This document shows, in pieces, positions 63,092 through 64,000 of a stretch of 64,000 bases of DNA (position 1 is its first letter; each line of letters opens with the position of its first letter). Below the pieces are notes generated by a model, which was given only the letters and a program-made list of their open reading frames with translations, did no database searches and had not been told where the DNA came from. Where the stretch lies: NCBI GenBank assembly GCA_963693365.1, contig CAVNZM010000001.1, positions 15,805,840-15,869,839 of the forward strand, in the 5' to 3' direction. The position numbers and the translations under genes are program-made. The stretch comes from Amoebidium appalachense. Its lineage: Eukaryota > Protista > Ichthyosporea.

Positions 63092-63649
63092 AGAATAGAC
63101 GAGGGGGTGGAGCCGTGGGGAAGGAGAAAAAAAGGGGGAGGAGGAAGGGAGGGAGGGGGGGGGGGGGGGGGGGGGTGGGGGGGAGGGGGAGGAAGGGAGG
63201 GAGAGATGGCGGGAAGGGGGAGGGAGGGAGGGAGGGAGGGAGGGAGGGAGGGAGGGAGGGAGGGAGGGAGGGAGGGAGGAGGAAAGAAGGAGATGGCGGG
63301 AGAGAGACAGAGGGAGATAGCAAGAGAGGACAAGCAATGACAGCTGAAGCAGGCTAAGGGGCAAGAGGAAATAGAGTGAAGGTGTCTGTCGTACTGCATA
63401 TGAGTGGGCTGGTGTTGGGTGCTTGTGTGTCTTCTTTCAGGTAGAAAAAACAACAGAAGGGGGGAGGGGGGAGGGGGATGTAGAATGTGTTACACGGGAG
63501 GGAGTGGTGGTGGTGGTGGTGGTGGTGGTGGTGGTGGTGGTGGTGGGTGTGCGTGCGTGTGTGTGTGTGTGTGTGTGTGGGGGGGGGGGGGGATGTAGAA
63601 TGTGTTACCCCAGGTGGTGGTGGTGATGGTGGTGGTGGTGGTGGTGGTG

Positions 63650-63722
<73 letters not shown>

Positions 63723-63861
63723 AGGATGTAGGACGTGTCACTCTGAGAACTTTACGTGTCACCAACACAGTGCCTGGCATTAGAAAGGAGGAAAAAAAGA
63801 TATTCACCTATCTGTGCCCAAAGATGCAAAAGCAGCACCCCCCTCCCCCCCCCCCACCCAC

Positions 63862-63939
63862 CGGGGATTACTTGCCTCCTCCGGACAGCGCATAGCGTTG
63901 TGGTTTGGGCTCAGACAGTTCTTGCACACGTGGACATGC
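63862..63939 (-). CDS. Exon encoding a CCHC zinc knuckle; gene extends beyond the window
   Basis: After a ttcttgatacag acceptor the frame reads HVHVCKNCLSPNHNAMRCPEE, an exact C-x2-C-x4-H-x4-C spacing. The donor position is ambiguous. Confidence 0.5.
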
Positions 63940-64000
63940 CTGTATCAAGAAAGTGGTTTTAGTTTGTAGTAAGTAGCAGAAATAGTGGTGAGGTTGATCG

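Overview
Eukaryotic, intron-rich DNA. Introns are packed with poly-G/poly-C, (CA)n and (GA)n tracts, so almost all ORFs in the supplied track are repeat artefacts. All gene models below were assembled by hand from GT/AG boundaries and phase continuity. Left to right: (1) a canonical poly(A) polymerase gene, minus strand, at least 17 exons, 14046 to <=1417; (2) a 329-bp hAT-type MITE with an 8-bp TSD in the divergent intergenic region; (3) a 4-exon prolyl aminopeptidase, plus strand; (4) a ~590-bp tandem duplication, then an island of intronless, decayed, unidentifiable ORFs (21.4-26.1 kb); (5) a large spliced Helitron-like RepHel gene, minus strand, 44009-28818, encoding a DUF6570-like region, HUH Rep, Pif1 helicase, four tandem 66-nt symmetric exons and a C-terminal OTU-like cysteine protease, with hairpin arrays on both flanks; (6) a Cys-less (Pro-loop) pentameric ligand-gated ion channel subunit with an apparent fifth TM helix and a repeat-bearing tail; (7) a two-finger GATA factor; (8) a CCHC zinc-knuckle exon at the right edge. 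The most notable item is the intron-laden Helitron whose helicase is joined to an OTU protease through an expandable exon array. Host identity cannot be fixed from sequence alone; a unicellular opisthokont is only a guess.
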